Source: Hypanus sabinus
Lineage: Eukaryota
Direction: 5' to 3'
Assembly (NCBI RefSeq): GCF_030144855.1
Contig: NC_082710.1
Span: forward strand, 171,988,001-172,052,000
Length of the DNA stretch: 64,000 bases
The notes beneath the pieces are model-generated. The model was not told the DNA's origin. It did no database searches and saw nothing but the letters and a program-made list of their open reading frames with translations. The translations under genes were made by a program, and so were the position numbers. Of the stretch, positions 24,566-37,203 are shown one piece after another (within the stretch, counting starts at the first letter, position 1; each line of letters starts with the position of its first letter).

Positions 24566-25838
24566 GATTGCTCTTTTAAAAGGCTTAGACTTGCATCAAA
24601 TTTCTTCGTTCTCTATGTAAAAGTATGATTTTGCCTTGTTTTCCTTTAAAACTTGCTAATCCCAAACAGAATAGAATGAGCTATTTCCCCATTTTGAGAC
24701 TATTTGACTTTTACAATTGTATTATAAATTTACGGGAATATTGAATCCTTCTGATATTTAACTGAATAAGTGGACGACTAAGCCTGGTGACTGAATGTTT
24801 ACTGTTTAAAGTTTTCAGTTAATTTACCATTCAAATGTTCAACACCGTGGAGGCAACTTGCACGGAGTGAAATAAAGACAATAGTCATGAAGGCCTTCGC
24901 TGATTTGGATATATCGTCACATGGTCACGTGCCCTCTAATATCGTGAGGCATCCACATTTCGCCATTGATTTGTCCATCTCTTATCAAACTGTCTTTCAT
25001 TTTTCGATTTGTGTCTCTTTTAGCTCTGTGAGGATTAAGTGTTAATAATGTTCCTGATCTACAGATTTCTCCGCGAACGGTCAATCGGCAACTGCACCCT
25101 TGAATTCTGTTAAATTGGTTGTTTGAATTTGTAGGCGACGTGTCTTTCACAGAAAGGAGGTATAGCCGGTGGAGATTCCCATGAATTATGGTAGGATGTG
25201 TCTATACCAAATATAGAATCGTTTAAAGCCCTAATTCACGGTCTCAACCCTCCCCATCTACTATGCCTAACCCTGTAACTTCCTCCAGCAGTTTGTTTTT
25301 GTTAAAGTATAGTTTCCCACATTACCATCTTAACGAATTGGACCTATTGAGATATTGATACACACCTGCACATTAAGTGAATGTAACACTTTATTGTAAC
25401 GTTTTATTTAGAATTTTCTTCTATTTGGGCAGCAGCTATTCATTGCGGATCATATATAGGGTTTGTCTTTCCGCAGGAGAATGGGTTTGAGAGGGATAAT
25501 CAATTAGTTATGATGCAACAGGTTTTATTCTGCTTTCCGCGCAGCAGCGTTGAAAACAGCAATAAAGCAAAATTAAACTGGCATGAGCGTCTCATATTTT
25601 GCGCCATATAGCAATTTAATTCCTGCTATTGCGTCTCTGATTATGACGAAGACCACTCTTTCTTGCGCATTAGGCCACAGAAAGAGCCGATTCTCCAACC
25701 TCTCGCTGTCCCTATCCTAATCGTTAATCGAGAAACCTTTACAAAGCTGTGGCTGTCTATCTCTTCAAAGTCTTGTCAGGGAGTACGTTCCAAACACGGG
25801 GGGTGGGGGTTCAACTTTGGACGCCATCTCAGCCTGGT

Positions 25839-25939
25839 TTACTCATCACAGTGGAAACAGCTTGAGACAAAAGTAATAATAACTATTCCAATCAAAGTCA
25901 CTTTCAAGGCTACTGAAACTTCGATAATATAACTGCAAT
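25839..25939 (-). other. Candidate terminal TM exon with lysine (CSYIIEVSVALKVTLIGIVIITFVSSCFHCDE*)
   Basis: About 22-aa hydrophobic run with one Lys and a short tail, in phase 1 after catcag|; the acceptor is weak. Confidence 0.3.
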
Positions 25940-27822
25940 CTGATGCCACCAGGAATTACCAAACTCTGAACACGTGTTGAGTTTTAATTATTTCACCATT
26001 TAACGAATTGCTCTATCGTCAACAGGCATCGCAAATCGATTGTGTAAGCATAAGCGGCCATGTATTGGTGTCTTGCTAATACAGCTCCAGCAAGGTATTT
26101 GTTCTTTTTGGTTTCCAATAGTTGGATGTGTTTATTCAAACACACAAGAAGGTTTCGTGTTATTATCTGAGAAAATAAAATACATACAGTTATTCAGCAA
26201 CAAATGGAAGTAGCACGGAACAAAATTGATTACAATTACAATTCCATACCTGCCTAGCATCTCCCTCTTGTGCCCCTCTTCATTACCATCCTTCCATAGC
26301 CCACTCAACTGCCCTAACATACTCCATCACCCTCTGGTGCACCTTCTTATTCCCATTCTTTCTTGGTCCACCAACCACCTCTGAGAGATTCCGTGTCCTT
26401 CGGACTTCACTGCTTCCATCTTTCACCTTCCACTTCTCACTTCACGTCCCCACTCCCCCGCCCACTTACATCCCTTTCACCTGGCTTCACCTATCAAATT
26501 CTAGCTTGTACTCCTCCCCCTTAGATACCTTATAATTCTGATCCTTCCCTCTTCCTTCCATCTGAATCAAGGGTCTCTTGGCTCAAAACGTCGACACTCT
26601 ATTCCATTCCATATCTGCTGCCTACCAAATATGGTGTCAACGCTGACACGTGATAATTATGAAGAAAAATTCCAGTTGGCCAGTGTATGTTATCAGTTTA
26701 GATACAGCTGAGAAATCTAACTGATATGTATGCAATTATGAAAAGGCCGAAAGAGATAGACTGGAAGCCTGTATTTCCTAAGCTACCAGTAAGTAGCTGC
26801 CAGAATTGAATAGTGTCATGGGTACGAAAAGTACAGTGAAGTTGCTGATATTATTAAGCCAAGTACTCGGGGGTGTTGGGAGGGTGTGTTGATGGAGAAT
26901 TCGCTGACAGAAAGGATAATAGAATCAAATACCACCATTCTTTTTATGAAGCAGTTAGTGGGCACTTGCAAAGGAGTAACCTCTCAGTATTCAGACTAGA
27001 TTGTGATATTCATCTCAATATCACCTTTCCTCCCAGAAGTTTTTTAACGAGTGAAATCACATTACCCTGCACTGAATGTTTTATTAGATTCTGTGAGCTG
27101 GAATCGGACCTCAACATAAGGAATAATGATAGGCAGGTATGGCTGATGAATGAACGTAGTGACAATGTATGAAAAATAATCTGTCACATAATACATTAAT
27201 GAATTTCAGATGTTGCCTTAAGGTTTAGTCTCATATCCTATAACAAGTGTGAGTATTATGCTATTTTTCACAAATAAGTTGCATTTTACTTCTGCAATTT
27301 TGTTATTCTCCACCACGCTTACAGAATGCCTATATATTATTCATGAAAATTGATGAATGATGACATTTGATTTCATAACAGAATAATTTAAGCCAGAAGA
27401 CCAGATGTTTTCAGCATCTCCAATTCAGGTTTAAATACAATCAAAACATTTCCCTCTCTATGAAATATAATCCTGTGTTCTAATCACTGACGCTGCCTGC
27501 CATGCTGAATATGGTCAGCATTTCTTTTTCTTTATTATTTGATTTCCAGCATCTGTGTCATTTTATACATATTGGCTAATCATTGCTTCCAGAAGAAAAG
27601 GAAGAGTTTGATTTGAGTATCATGGTTGAACAACTACTAACAGCCATAACGGATCAGACAGGCAAAGCAGTATTTTCAAGGTTATTATCTGTTCAAATTT
27701 CAATAAAATTTCTTAAATAACTATTACTAAGACATAAACCCATTAACCGCAAAGCACTTCAAAGATACGCTCCATGAGAATTGTTTGTGACACATGAAAA
27801 TGCAGAGCAGAGTAGATCTTAC

Positions 27823-27888
27823 CATCTTTAGACAGAACCGGTAAATTGGTGGAGTTTATTGGCACAGATGCTTGTGGCGGCCCACTCA
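27823..27888 (-). other. Candidate 66-nt exon, copy 2
   Basis: Same length and splice sites as 23651-23716. Confidence 0.4.
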
Positions 27889-28203
27889 CTGAGTTTACTT
27901 AATAAAAGTTGATAGGATTTTAATTAGCAAGAGCGTCAAAGTTTATGGGGAAAAAACAAGAGAATGGTGTTGACAGGGATAATAAATCAGCGATGACCGA
28001 ATGGCGGAGCAGAATCGACGGGCTGAATAGCCTAATTCTACAGCTATGCTTTTAGGTTTTATTGTATTAATTGACCAGAATTGACTTCTGTATTGAACCG
28101 TGAAATGTTTTGCACCACTATAGTTTTTTAAATTTTGCGCCAAATGCGTTCCTCTATTCATCTCGGTGATTTTTAAAAAAATTTTATTCCCATGAATACT
28201 TGC

Positions 28204-28360
28204 CTGTTAGCTCGATTTCTTGCAATGAGATGTCTATATGTCCCCCAGCTGCGGATGCCGAAAACTGTTACAGTGTTGATCAAAGCAAACACTGCAAGTT
28301 TCATTCCCATTTCAGTCATCTGCCAACGCAAGCTCCTTCCAAATCCTTTTGGGTTCCTAG
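28204..28360 (-). other. Candidate orphan exon: TM segment with lysine (…MTEMGMKLAVFALINTVTVFGIRSW…)
   Basis: Acceptor ttttattctcaacag|, donor AG|gcaagt, 157-nt open frame. Confidence 0.4.
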
Positions 28361-30399
28361 CTGTTGAGAATAAAAGTAAATCACATTCCCCGAAAAATCA
28401 CATCTATGTTCTGTCGATTTCAGCTCTGTTTTGTGCATGGAAATGTTGCTTGTTTTGGTTTAAATAGGAATGTACGATCATTGCTAACTATCATGGTGGC
28501 CTAGCGCAGCAGCTAGAGGAGATGCTGTATTTGAGTTCCAGCACCGTGTGTTCAATCCTGGCTTTGGTGACGTCCGTGCGCAGTTCGCACGTTCTCTGTT
28601 ACTGCCTGGGTTTGCTCCGAGTGTTTAATTCCACCCCCCGCCCCCTTGACCTTGACAAATGGCATCTACGAATCACTCCTTCTCTGTAGTGGAGTTGATG
28701 AAAATGCAAAGAAAGTAGGCTACAGAGAGAAATTGGTATGGAAATGGATTGCTCTTAGACTTAGACTTGGACTTAGACTTAGACTTGCATCAAATTTCTT
28801 CGTTTTCTGTGTAAAAGTATGATTTTGCCTTGTTTTCCTTTACAATCTGCTAATCCCAAGCAAAGCAGAATGAGTTATTTCCCCAGTTTGATACGATTTG
28901 ACTTCTACAATTTTATTATAATTAAATTCGATATTATAATAATTCGATATTATTATAATATCGAATCCTTCTGATATTTATCTGAATAAGTGTACGATTA
29001 AGCATGACGACTGAATGTTTACCGTTTAAAGTTTTCAGTCAATTTGCCATTCAGGTGTTCAACACAAGTGGAGGCAACTTGCACGCAGTGAAATAAAGAC
29101 AATAGTCATGAAGGCCTTCGCTGATTTGGATAAATCGTCACGTGGTCACGTGCCATCTGACATCGTGAGGCATCCACATTTCGCCATTGATTTGCCCATC
29201 TCTTATCAAACTATCCTTCATTTTTCGATTTGTGTCTCTTTCAGCTCTGTGAGGATTAAGTGTTAATAATGTTCCTGATCTACAGATTTCTCCGCGAACG
29301 GTCAATCGGCAACTGCACCCTTGAATTCTGTTAAATTGGTTGATTGAATTTATAGGCGACGTGTTTTTCACAGAAAGGAGGTATGGCCGGTGGAGATTCC
29401 CATGAATTGTGGTAGGATGTGTCTCTACCAAATATAGAATCGTTTAAAGCCCTAATTCACGGTCCCAACCCTCCTCATCTACTATGCAACCCCTGTAACT
29501 TCCTCCAGCAGTTTGTTTTTGCTAAAGTATAGTTTCCCACATTACCTTCTTAACGAATTGGACCTATTGAGATATTGATACACACTTGCACGTTAAGTGA
29601 ATGTAACACTTTATTGTAACGTTTTATTTAGAATTTTCTTCTATTTGGGCAGCAGCTATTCATTGCGGATCATATATAGGGTTTGTCTTTCCGCAGGAGA
29701 ATGGGTTTGAGAGGGATAATCAATTAGCTATGATGCAACAGGTTTTATTCTGCTTTCCGCGCAGTAGCGTTGAAAACAGCAATAAAGCAAAGTTAAATTG
29801 ATATGAGCGTCTCAAATTTTGCGCCATATAGCAATTTAATTCCTGCTATTGCGTCTCTGATTATGATGAAGACGACTATTCACTCTTTTTTGCACATTAG
29901 GCCATTAACATCCTAATCGTTAATCTAGAAACCCTTACAAAGCTGTGGCTGTCTATCTCTTCAAAGTCTTGTCAGGGAGTACATTCCAAAAACAAACGCA
30001 ATTGAGTTGAAAAATTAATTCTCGAGCGGTTAATTTCTTGTAGCGTCGGTCTCTTTGCCAGTGGAAGTAGGTCGTGAATCTCAATTCACCTTACACACAC
30101 GGGGCATCCGCACGACGCACTTTCACCGTCTCTCTGAGAATAAGTCCACGCTCCCACCCAGAGATGAAAGCCGAATTAAAGATAAATAGCATCGAAATCA
30201 CTCAGTATGTTTATAGTCAAACATAGAACATTGAACATAAAACAGTAGAGCACAGGAAGAGGCCATTCGACCCACAATGTTGTTCTGGCCCAGCTGAAAA
30301 CTCATGATTACATGATTACATATATGTAATCGTGGCTACAATGAGGTTGTGGTCTCTCCTAGCAAGCAGTGACTTGTTCATATTCTTCAAATGGAACCT

Positions 30400-30720
30400 G
30401 GAAGATTGAGGGGTGATTTCATAGAGGGATGCAAACTAGGAAGGGTACAGAGAGAGTAACTGCAAATCGGTTTTTACCACTGAGGTTGGGTGGGACTACA
30501 ACTCCAGGTCATAGGTTAAAGGTGACATACGACTCGTTTAAAGGGAACATGATGGGAAACTTCTTCACCCAGCGTCGTAAGAGTGGGGAACGAGCTGCAG
30601 GGCAAGTGGAGCATGCGAGCTCAATTTCAACATTTAAGAGAAGTTTCGATAGATACATGGGATGGAGAGATCCGGTCACGGTGCAGGTCGATGGGAGTAG
30701 GCTGTTTAAATCGTTTGGCA
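30400..30720 (+). mobile_element. CR1 3-prime end fragment
   Basis: GNFFTQR...FKRSFDRYMG peptide. Confidence 0.75.
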
Positions 30721-30790
30721 CGGACCAGAACCAACCCACAGAAAATGCTGCATCAACTCTGCAGGCCAGGCAGCATCTAAGGAAAAGAGT

Positions 30791-30828
30791 ACAGTCGACG
30801 TTTCGAGCCGAGACCCTTCATCAGGACT
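30791..30828 (-). ncRNA. Minimal hammerhead ribozyme motif
   Basis: CAGUC-CUGAUGA-AGGGucucggCUC-GAAAC-GUC-GACUG with a 5-bp stem I. Confidence 0.66.
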
Positions 30829-31129
30829 GGGTCTCCGATGCCATACTATTATGTGTGCACTGTATTGATGTAAAGCCTGGCAGAAAACCAATTGAACCGG
30901 AGCAGATCGACATTCCGTTCAATATTACTGATCAGTAGTTCTCACGGAAAGTAAAATCGGGTCAGGTGTTAGGTGGTTTCGTCAGTTACCTGTAACAGCC
31001 AGATAAGAACTCGCCTGTAAGAAATCGTCCCTTTAAGGAAATAGTAATCTCTATCTCGGCTTCTTGTCGTTGGCAAAGTTATAAGCTCCACCCATTCGTC
31101 AGCTCGCCCGTTTTCATGTTTTAAGCAAC

Positions 31130-31650
31130 ATAAATTACTTCCAATGTAAAAGATTGGTAAGGGGATTAAGCAGCCAGTGCATACCCCTGTGACAATCCCC
31201 CTGAACAACAGGGCTAGTACTTCGGATACTTTGGTGGGGGGAGAAGGTGTTGACCTAACAGAGGAAAGTCACAGTGGTCGGATCTGCGTCCGGTTCTCTG
31301 ATTCAGAAAGGAAGACGGGAGAAAAGGATTCGTTACTAGAGGAAATGACAGGAGGTTCTGTTGACGAGAACGGGATTGCCGGAGGGCATGCTGCCTCACG
31401 GGTGCCAGGGGCATCTCGGATCGAGTCCTCGATATTCTTATCTTGTAGGTTCCACAGGCAGAGCTGTTTGTCCATGACGGTATCAACGATATGGCAGGAC
31501 GAGTGACGAGGATCTGCATAGGGAGTTCAGGGAGTTGGGCGCTACGTAAAAAATCAAGACTTTAGGATTGCGATCGTAGGATTAGTACCCAAGCCACCTG
31601 CTAATGAGGCCAGAGGTAAGAAGATTAGGCATTTTAATAGCTGGGTAAGG
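31130..31650 (+). mobile_element. LINE ORF1 (esterase-type) fragment
   Basis: Degenerate similarity to the ORF1 regions at 12.5-13.0 kb and 42.3-42.9 kb. Confidence 0.55.
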
Positions 31651-31659
31651 ATTTGATGT

Positions 31660-33410
31660 AACCATATAACTGTATAACCATATAACAATTACAGCACAGA
31701 AACAGACCATCTCGGCCCTTCTATTCCGTGCCGAACACTTACTCTCACCTAGTCCCACTGACCCGCACTCAGCCCATAATCCTCCATTCCTTTCCTGTCC
31801 ATATACCTATCCAATTTTACTTTAAATGACAATACCGAACCTGATTCTACCACTTCCACTGGAAGCTCGTTCCACACAGCTACCACTCTCTGAGTAAAGA
31901 CATTCGCCCTCGTCTTACCCTTATGCTTTTGCCCCCTAACTTTCAACTCATGTCCTCTTGTTTGAATCTCCCCTGCTTTCAATGGAAAAAACCTATCCAC
32001 GTCAACTCTATCTAACCCCCTCATAATTTTAAATACCTCTATCAAGTCACCCCTCAACCTTCTACGCTCCATAGAATAAAGTTCTAACTTGTTCAATCTT
32101 TCCCTGTAACTTAGGTGCTGAAACCCAGGTAACATTCTAGTAAATCCTCACTGTACTCTCTCTATTTAGTTGACATCTTTCCTATAATTCGGTGATCAGA
32201 ACCGTACACAATACTCCAAATCCGGCCTTACCAATACCTTGTACAATTTTAATATTACATCCCAACTCCTATACTCAATGCTCTGATTTATAAAGGCCAA
32301 CATACCAAAAGATTTCTTCACCACCCTATCCACATGATATTCCACCTTCAGGGAACTATGCACCATTATTACTAGATCACTCTGTTCAACTGCATTCTTC
32401 AATGCCCTACCATTTACCATGTATGTCTTATTTTGATTAGTCCTACCAAAATGTAGTACCTCATACTTATCAGCATTAAGCTCTATCTGCCATCGTTCAG
32501 CCCATTCTTCTAGCTGGCATAAATCTCTCTGCAAACTTTGAAAACCTACTTCATTATCCACAACGCCACCTACCTTAGTATCATCTGCATACTTACTAAT
32601 CGAATTTAACACATCATCATCCAGATTATTAATGTTTATGACAAACAACATTGGACCTAGAACAGATCCATGAGGCACACCACTAGTCACCGGCCTCCAA
32701 CCTGACAAACAGTGATCCACCACTACTCTCTGGCATCTCCCATCCAGCCACTGTTGAATCCATTTTACTACTTCAATATTGATTGAACCTTTCTAACTAA
32801 CCTTCTCTGCGGATCCTTGTCAAAGGCCTTACTGAAATCCATATTGATAACATCCGCTGCTTTACCCTCTTCAGCTTTCCTTGTAACCTCTTCAAAAAAT
32901 TCAATAAGATTTGTCAAACATGTCCTTCCACGCACTAATCCATGTTGACTGTTCCTAATCAGACCCTGCCTATCCAGATAATTATATATACGATCTCTAA
33001 GAATACTTTCCATTAATTTACCCACCACTGACGTCAAACTGACAGGCCTATAATTGCTAGGTTTACACTTAGAACCCTTTTTAAACAATAGAACCACATG
33101 AGCAATACGCCAATCCTCTGGCACCATCCCCGTTTCTAATGACATTTGAAATATTTCTCTCGGAGCCCCTGCTATTTCTGCACTAACCTTCCTCAAGGAC
33201 CTAGGGAATATCCTGTCAGGATCCGGAGATTTATCCACTTTTATATTCCTTAAAAGCGCCAGTACTTCCTCCTCTTTAATCGTCATAGTTTCCATAACTT
33301 TCCTACTTGTTTCCCTTGCCTTACACAATTCAATATCCTTCTCCTTAGTGAATACTGAAGAAAAGAAATTGTTCAAAATCTCCCCCATCTCTTTCGGCTC
33401 CACACACGTA
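31660..33410 (-). mobile_element. 5-prime-truncated CR1 LINE ORF2
   Basis: ORFs 32768-33403, 32196-32723 and 31749-32135 give RT peptides; tail repeat accatataac at the left end. Confidence 0.92.
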
Positions 33411-34040
33411 GGAGACAGGGCATAATTTTTCTGGATCCTGGGAAGGTGGAATGCTGTACAGAAAGGGTAGTTTACACCTGAACTGGTGGAGGACTATTAT
33501 CGTAGCGGGAAGGTTTGTTAATGCTGCACGATGGGTTTTAAATTGGCTGGGATGGGAATCAGAGTGCCAGAGGCAGGTATTGGTAATGCCTCAGAGAAAG
33601 ATAGAATTCAAAACGTTGAGCATGTGTTCACTAGTATCCTGAGCTGAATATATTTCAATGCAAGAAGCATCATAGGAAAGGCAGAAGAAGATGATGTATC
33701 TGGTTTACAAACGCAACCAATGTGCAGCCAGGAGAGTCAGCATTTAACACAATGCGGGAGAGGTGGTCATGGGGGACAAGGAAATAGTGTACGAACTGAA
33801 TAAGTATTTTGCATCTCTTTTCACTGTGGAAGACACCAGCAGTATGGTGGACTTTCCAAGTGTCAGGGGTCATGATATGTATGAAGCTATTAATAGTAGA
33901 GAAAATGTTCTTGGGAATTTGAAAGGTCCAGAGGTAGATAGGTCACCTGGACCAAATGATGTGCACAACAGAGATTGCGAAGGTATTAGTAATGATCATT
34001 GATAGATCATTAGATTCTGGCATGGTTCCGCAGGTCAGGC
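33410..34040 (+). mobile_element. Degenerate CR1 fragments
   Basis: DKEIVYELNKYFASLFTVED and DRSPGP peptides. Confidence 0.65.
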
Positions 34041-34531
34041 AAATTTCAATGCTTTATAATTATCCTGACTCCTCAAACCTTGTCCCAACGATTAGCAGCC
34101 ATCGACTCCTCTAACCAGCTGCCTAGCACTCTGAAAATTAAAATAAATGATGCCCACAAAACAGGAGAAGGCTATAAGAAGATAGCAAGGCGTTTTCAGG
34201 TAGCCGTTTCCTCAGTTCGCAATGTAATTAAGAAATGGCAGTTAAAAGGAACGGTGGAGGTCAAGTTGAGGTCTGGAAGACCAAGAAAACTTTCCGAGAG
34301 AACTGTTAGTAGGATTGCTAAAAAGACAAATCAAAAGCCCCGTTTGACCTCAAAAGACCTTCAGGAAGATTTAGCAGACTCTAGAGTGGTGGTACACTGT
34401 TTTACTGTAAGAGTCATCCGAAGAAAACTTTTCTTGCGTCCTCACCACAACATTCAGTGTCTGAAGTTTGCAAAGGAACATCTAAGCAAGTCTGATGCAT
34501 TTTGGAAACAAGTGCTATGGACTGATGAAGT

Positions 34532-34809
34532 TGTTACGTACCCCGTAACTGGGTTTCTGATCAGCAAAGAAAGAAGAATCCGTTAGAGTCTGGTGGTGCC
34601 AAACTAAAGGTGTTTATTAGTAAACTATATAATACAATATCAAAAATGCAAATATACATATAAAACAAGTTAGCAGTAATAAACCTAAAAGTGTAGGAAT
34701 AATAATAATCAATAATAAACAAACTCTATCGATGTCTAGGGGGTAAATGAGTAAACTATAGAGTTCAGTTCATAAATGCTGAAGTAGTTATGGTTGTTGT
34801 ATTGAAATC

Positions 34810-34882
<73 letters not shown>

Positions 34883-35497
34883 GTAACAGCTACAGCAGCC
34901 AAACCTTCCTTTGCTTTCTTAATCCATCGGATCGTTGTAGTCATTCAGTTATGACCAATGTGTTCTTCAGCTAGACCGTTCTTCTGTGGTGGACTCGTCA
35001 CTCTGACATGAGTGGACACACACACAAGTCCCCACTGGCCCTGCTGTAACACTGTGAGTTTTACTGACCGATCTCCTGGTTCTATCTTCGAAGCCCCCAC
35101 CTTTCTGTGGTTTCCCAACACTCAATCAGTGTCCACTGGTGTTTCTGAAGGGTGTCTCTCCAGACCTGTCTTTTAATCCCCACTCAAGGGGTCTCAGCTA
35201 TTCATCAACTCTGAATGTCTGTCCATCAAATCAGGCCACTCCTGCTATCTCCTGAGGAATGTTAACGAGCAAAGTACAGTCCCTGTAGTAGAAGGTAAAT
35301 AATCCAGGAAGAGTCATAATACAGTAAATCAACAGTCTCTCACCCCCTCTTAGCTGTGGCAGATGTTCTTGCCTGGGCTTTATCTCTCTCTCATGAGCAG
35401 CATAACAACAGCAATAGTTCGTAGTTCTCAGGAGGGGGGTTGGGAATGGTTACCTCTGCACCCCATTGTCCATCAAGTCTGTTCATCACTCATAACA
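34532..35497 (-). mobile_element. Solo LTR (966 bp), 4-bp TSD AAGT
   Basis: TGTTA...TAACA termini; AAGT at 34528-34531 and 35498-35501; removal restores the Tc1 codons GAT GAA GTT AAA. Confidence 0.85.
34814..34876. repeat. (GA)n microsatellite inside the solo LTR
   Basis: Direct inspection. Confidence 0.95.
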
Positions 35498-35640
35498 AAG
35501 TTAAAATAGAACTTTTTGGTCGCAATGAGCAAAGGTATGTTTGGAGAAAAAACAAGGCAAAATTTCATGAAAAGAGCATCTCTCCAACTGTTAAGCATGG
35601 GTGTGGATAGATCATGCTTTGGGCTTGTGTTGCCAACAAT

Positions 35641-37203
35641 CCTCAGAAACTAATCCGAAATCTAAGGAGTTTTGAAAAATTACCACTAATGCATCCACTA
35701 TTTCTTGGGCTCCTGAGGATTGGAGGGTGGCTAATGTAACCCCACTTTTTAAAAAGGAGGGAGAGAGAAACCGGGGAATTATAGACTGGTTAGTCTGACA
35801 TCGGTGGTGGGGAAAATGCTAGAGTCGGTTATCAAAGACGGGATAACAGCACATTTGGAAAGAGGTGAAATCATCGGACAAAGTCAGCATGGATTTGTGA
35901 AAGGAAAATCATGTCTGATGAATCTTATAGAATTTTTTGAAGATGTAACTTGTAGAGTGGATAGGGGAGAGCCAGTGGATGTGGTATATTTATATTTTCA
36001 AAAGGCTTTTGGCAAAGTCCCACACAGGAGATTAGTGTGCAAACATAAAGCACACGGTATTGTGGGTATGATATTGATGTGGATAGAGAATTGGTTGGCA
36101 GACAGGAAGCAAAGAGTGGGAGTAAACGGGACCTTTTCAGAATTGCAGGCAGTGGGGTACTAGTGAGGTACTAGTGGGGTACCACAAGGCTCAGTGCTGG
36201 GACCCCACTTGTTTACAATATATAGTAATGATTTAGACAAGGGAATTAAATGCAGCATCTCCAAGACTGTGGATGACACGAAGCTGGGCGGTGGTGTTAG
36301 CTGTGAGGAGGATGCTAAAAGGATGCAGGGTGACTTGGATAGGTTAGGTGAGTGGACAAATTCATGGCAGATGCAATTTAATGTGGATAAATGTGAGGAT
36401 ATCCATTTTGGTTGCAAGAACTGGAAAACAGATTATTATCTGAACAGTGGCCTATTAGGAAAACGGGAGATGCAATGAGACCTGGGTGTCATTGTACACC
36501 AGTCATTGAAAGTGGGCATGTAAGTACAGCAGCTGCTGAACAAGGCTAATGGTATGTTGAAATTCATAGCAAAAGAATTTGAATACAGGAGCAGGGAGGT
36601 TCTACTGCAGTTGTACAAGGCCTTGGTGAGACCACACCTAGAATATTGTGTACAGTTTTGGTCCCCTAATCTGAGGAAAGACATTCTTGCCATAGAGGGA
36701 GTACAGAGGAGCTTCACCAGATTGATTCCTGGGATGGCAGGACTTTCATATGAAGAAAGACTGGACCGACTAGGCTTATACTCACTGGAATTTAGAAGAT
36801 TGTGGGGGGACCTTATTGAAACGTATCAAATTCTAAAGGAATTGGACAGGCTAGATGGAGGAAGATTGTTTCCGATGTTGGGGAAGTCCAGAACGAGGGT
36901 TCACAGTTTAAGGATAAAAGTGAAACCTTTTTAGGACCGAGATGAGGAAAAATCTTCTTCACACAGATAGTGGTGAATTCGTGGAATTCTCTGACACAGG
37001 AAACAGTTGAGGCCGGTTCATTGACTATATTTAAGAGGAAATTAGATATGGCCCTTTGGCTAAAGGGATCAGGAGGTATGGAGAGAAAGCAGATACAGGG
37101 TTCTGAGTTGGATGATCAGCCATGATCATACTGAATGGCGGTGCAGACTCGAAGGGCCAAATGGCCTACTCCTGCACCTATTTTCTAAGTTTCTATATTT
37201 CTA
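35641..37203 (+). mobile_element. 5-prime-truncated CR1 ORF2 inserted in the Tc1
   Basis: RT ORFs 35804-36163, 36194-36478 and 36554-36934; ttcta tail abuts the resumed transposase. Confidence 0.92.

Larger units (their letters stand above)
22260..25790. repeat. Tandem duplication unit 1 (pairs with 26900-29990)
   Basis: Collinear similarity from ctgacagaaaggata to gtcagggagtac; about 22900-23400 is absent from unit 2. Confidence 0.88.
26900..29990. repeat. Tandem duplication unit 2
   Basis: Collinear with 22260-25790, including the shared SINE and candidate exons. Confidence 0.88.

Noticed and set aside
25020-25275. Possible V-domain relic (IWYRH, LQI..NLT, CRLTV..SGTLLTL), also near 29250-29500
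   Set aside because: The motifs fall in different frames with many stops, there is no donor site, and there is no DNA similarity to the intact V exons.
26873-27172. 99-aa plus-strand ORF partly shared with 22207-22422
   Set aside because: No recognisable domain; the other copy has a deletion and stop, and there are no convincing splice sites.
30990-31014. 25-nt micro-exon-like segment (ASSYLAVTG) with good splice sites
   Set aside because: It could be half of a split leader, but no partner ATG exon or V exon was found, so support is too weak.
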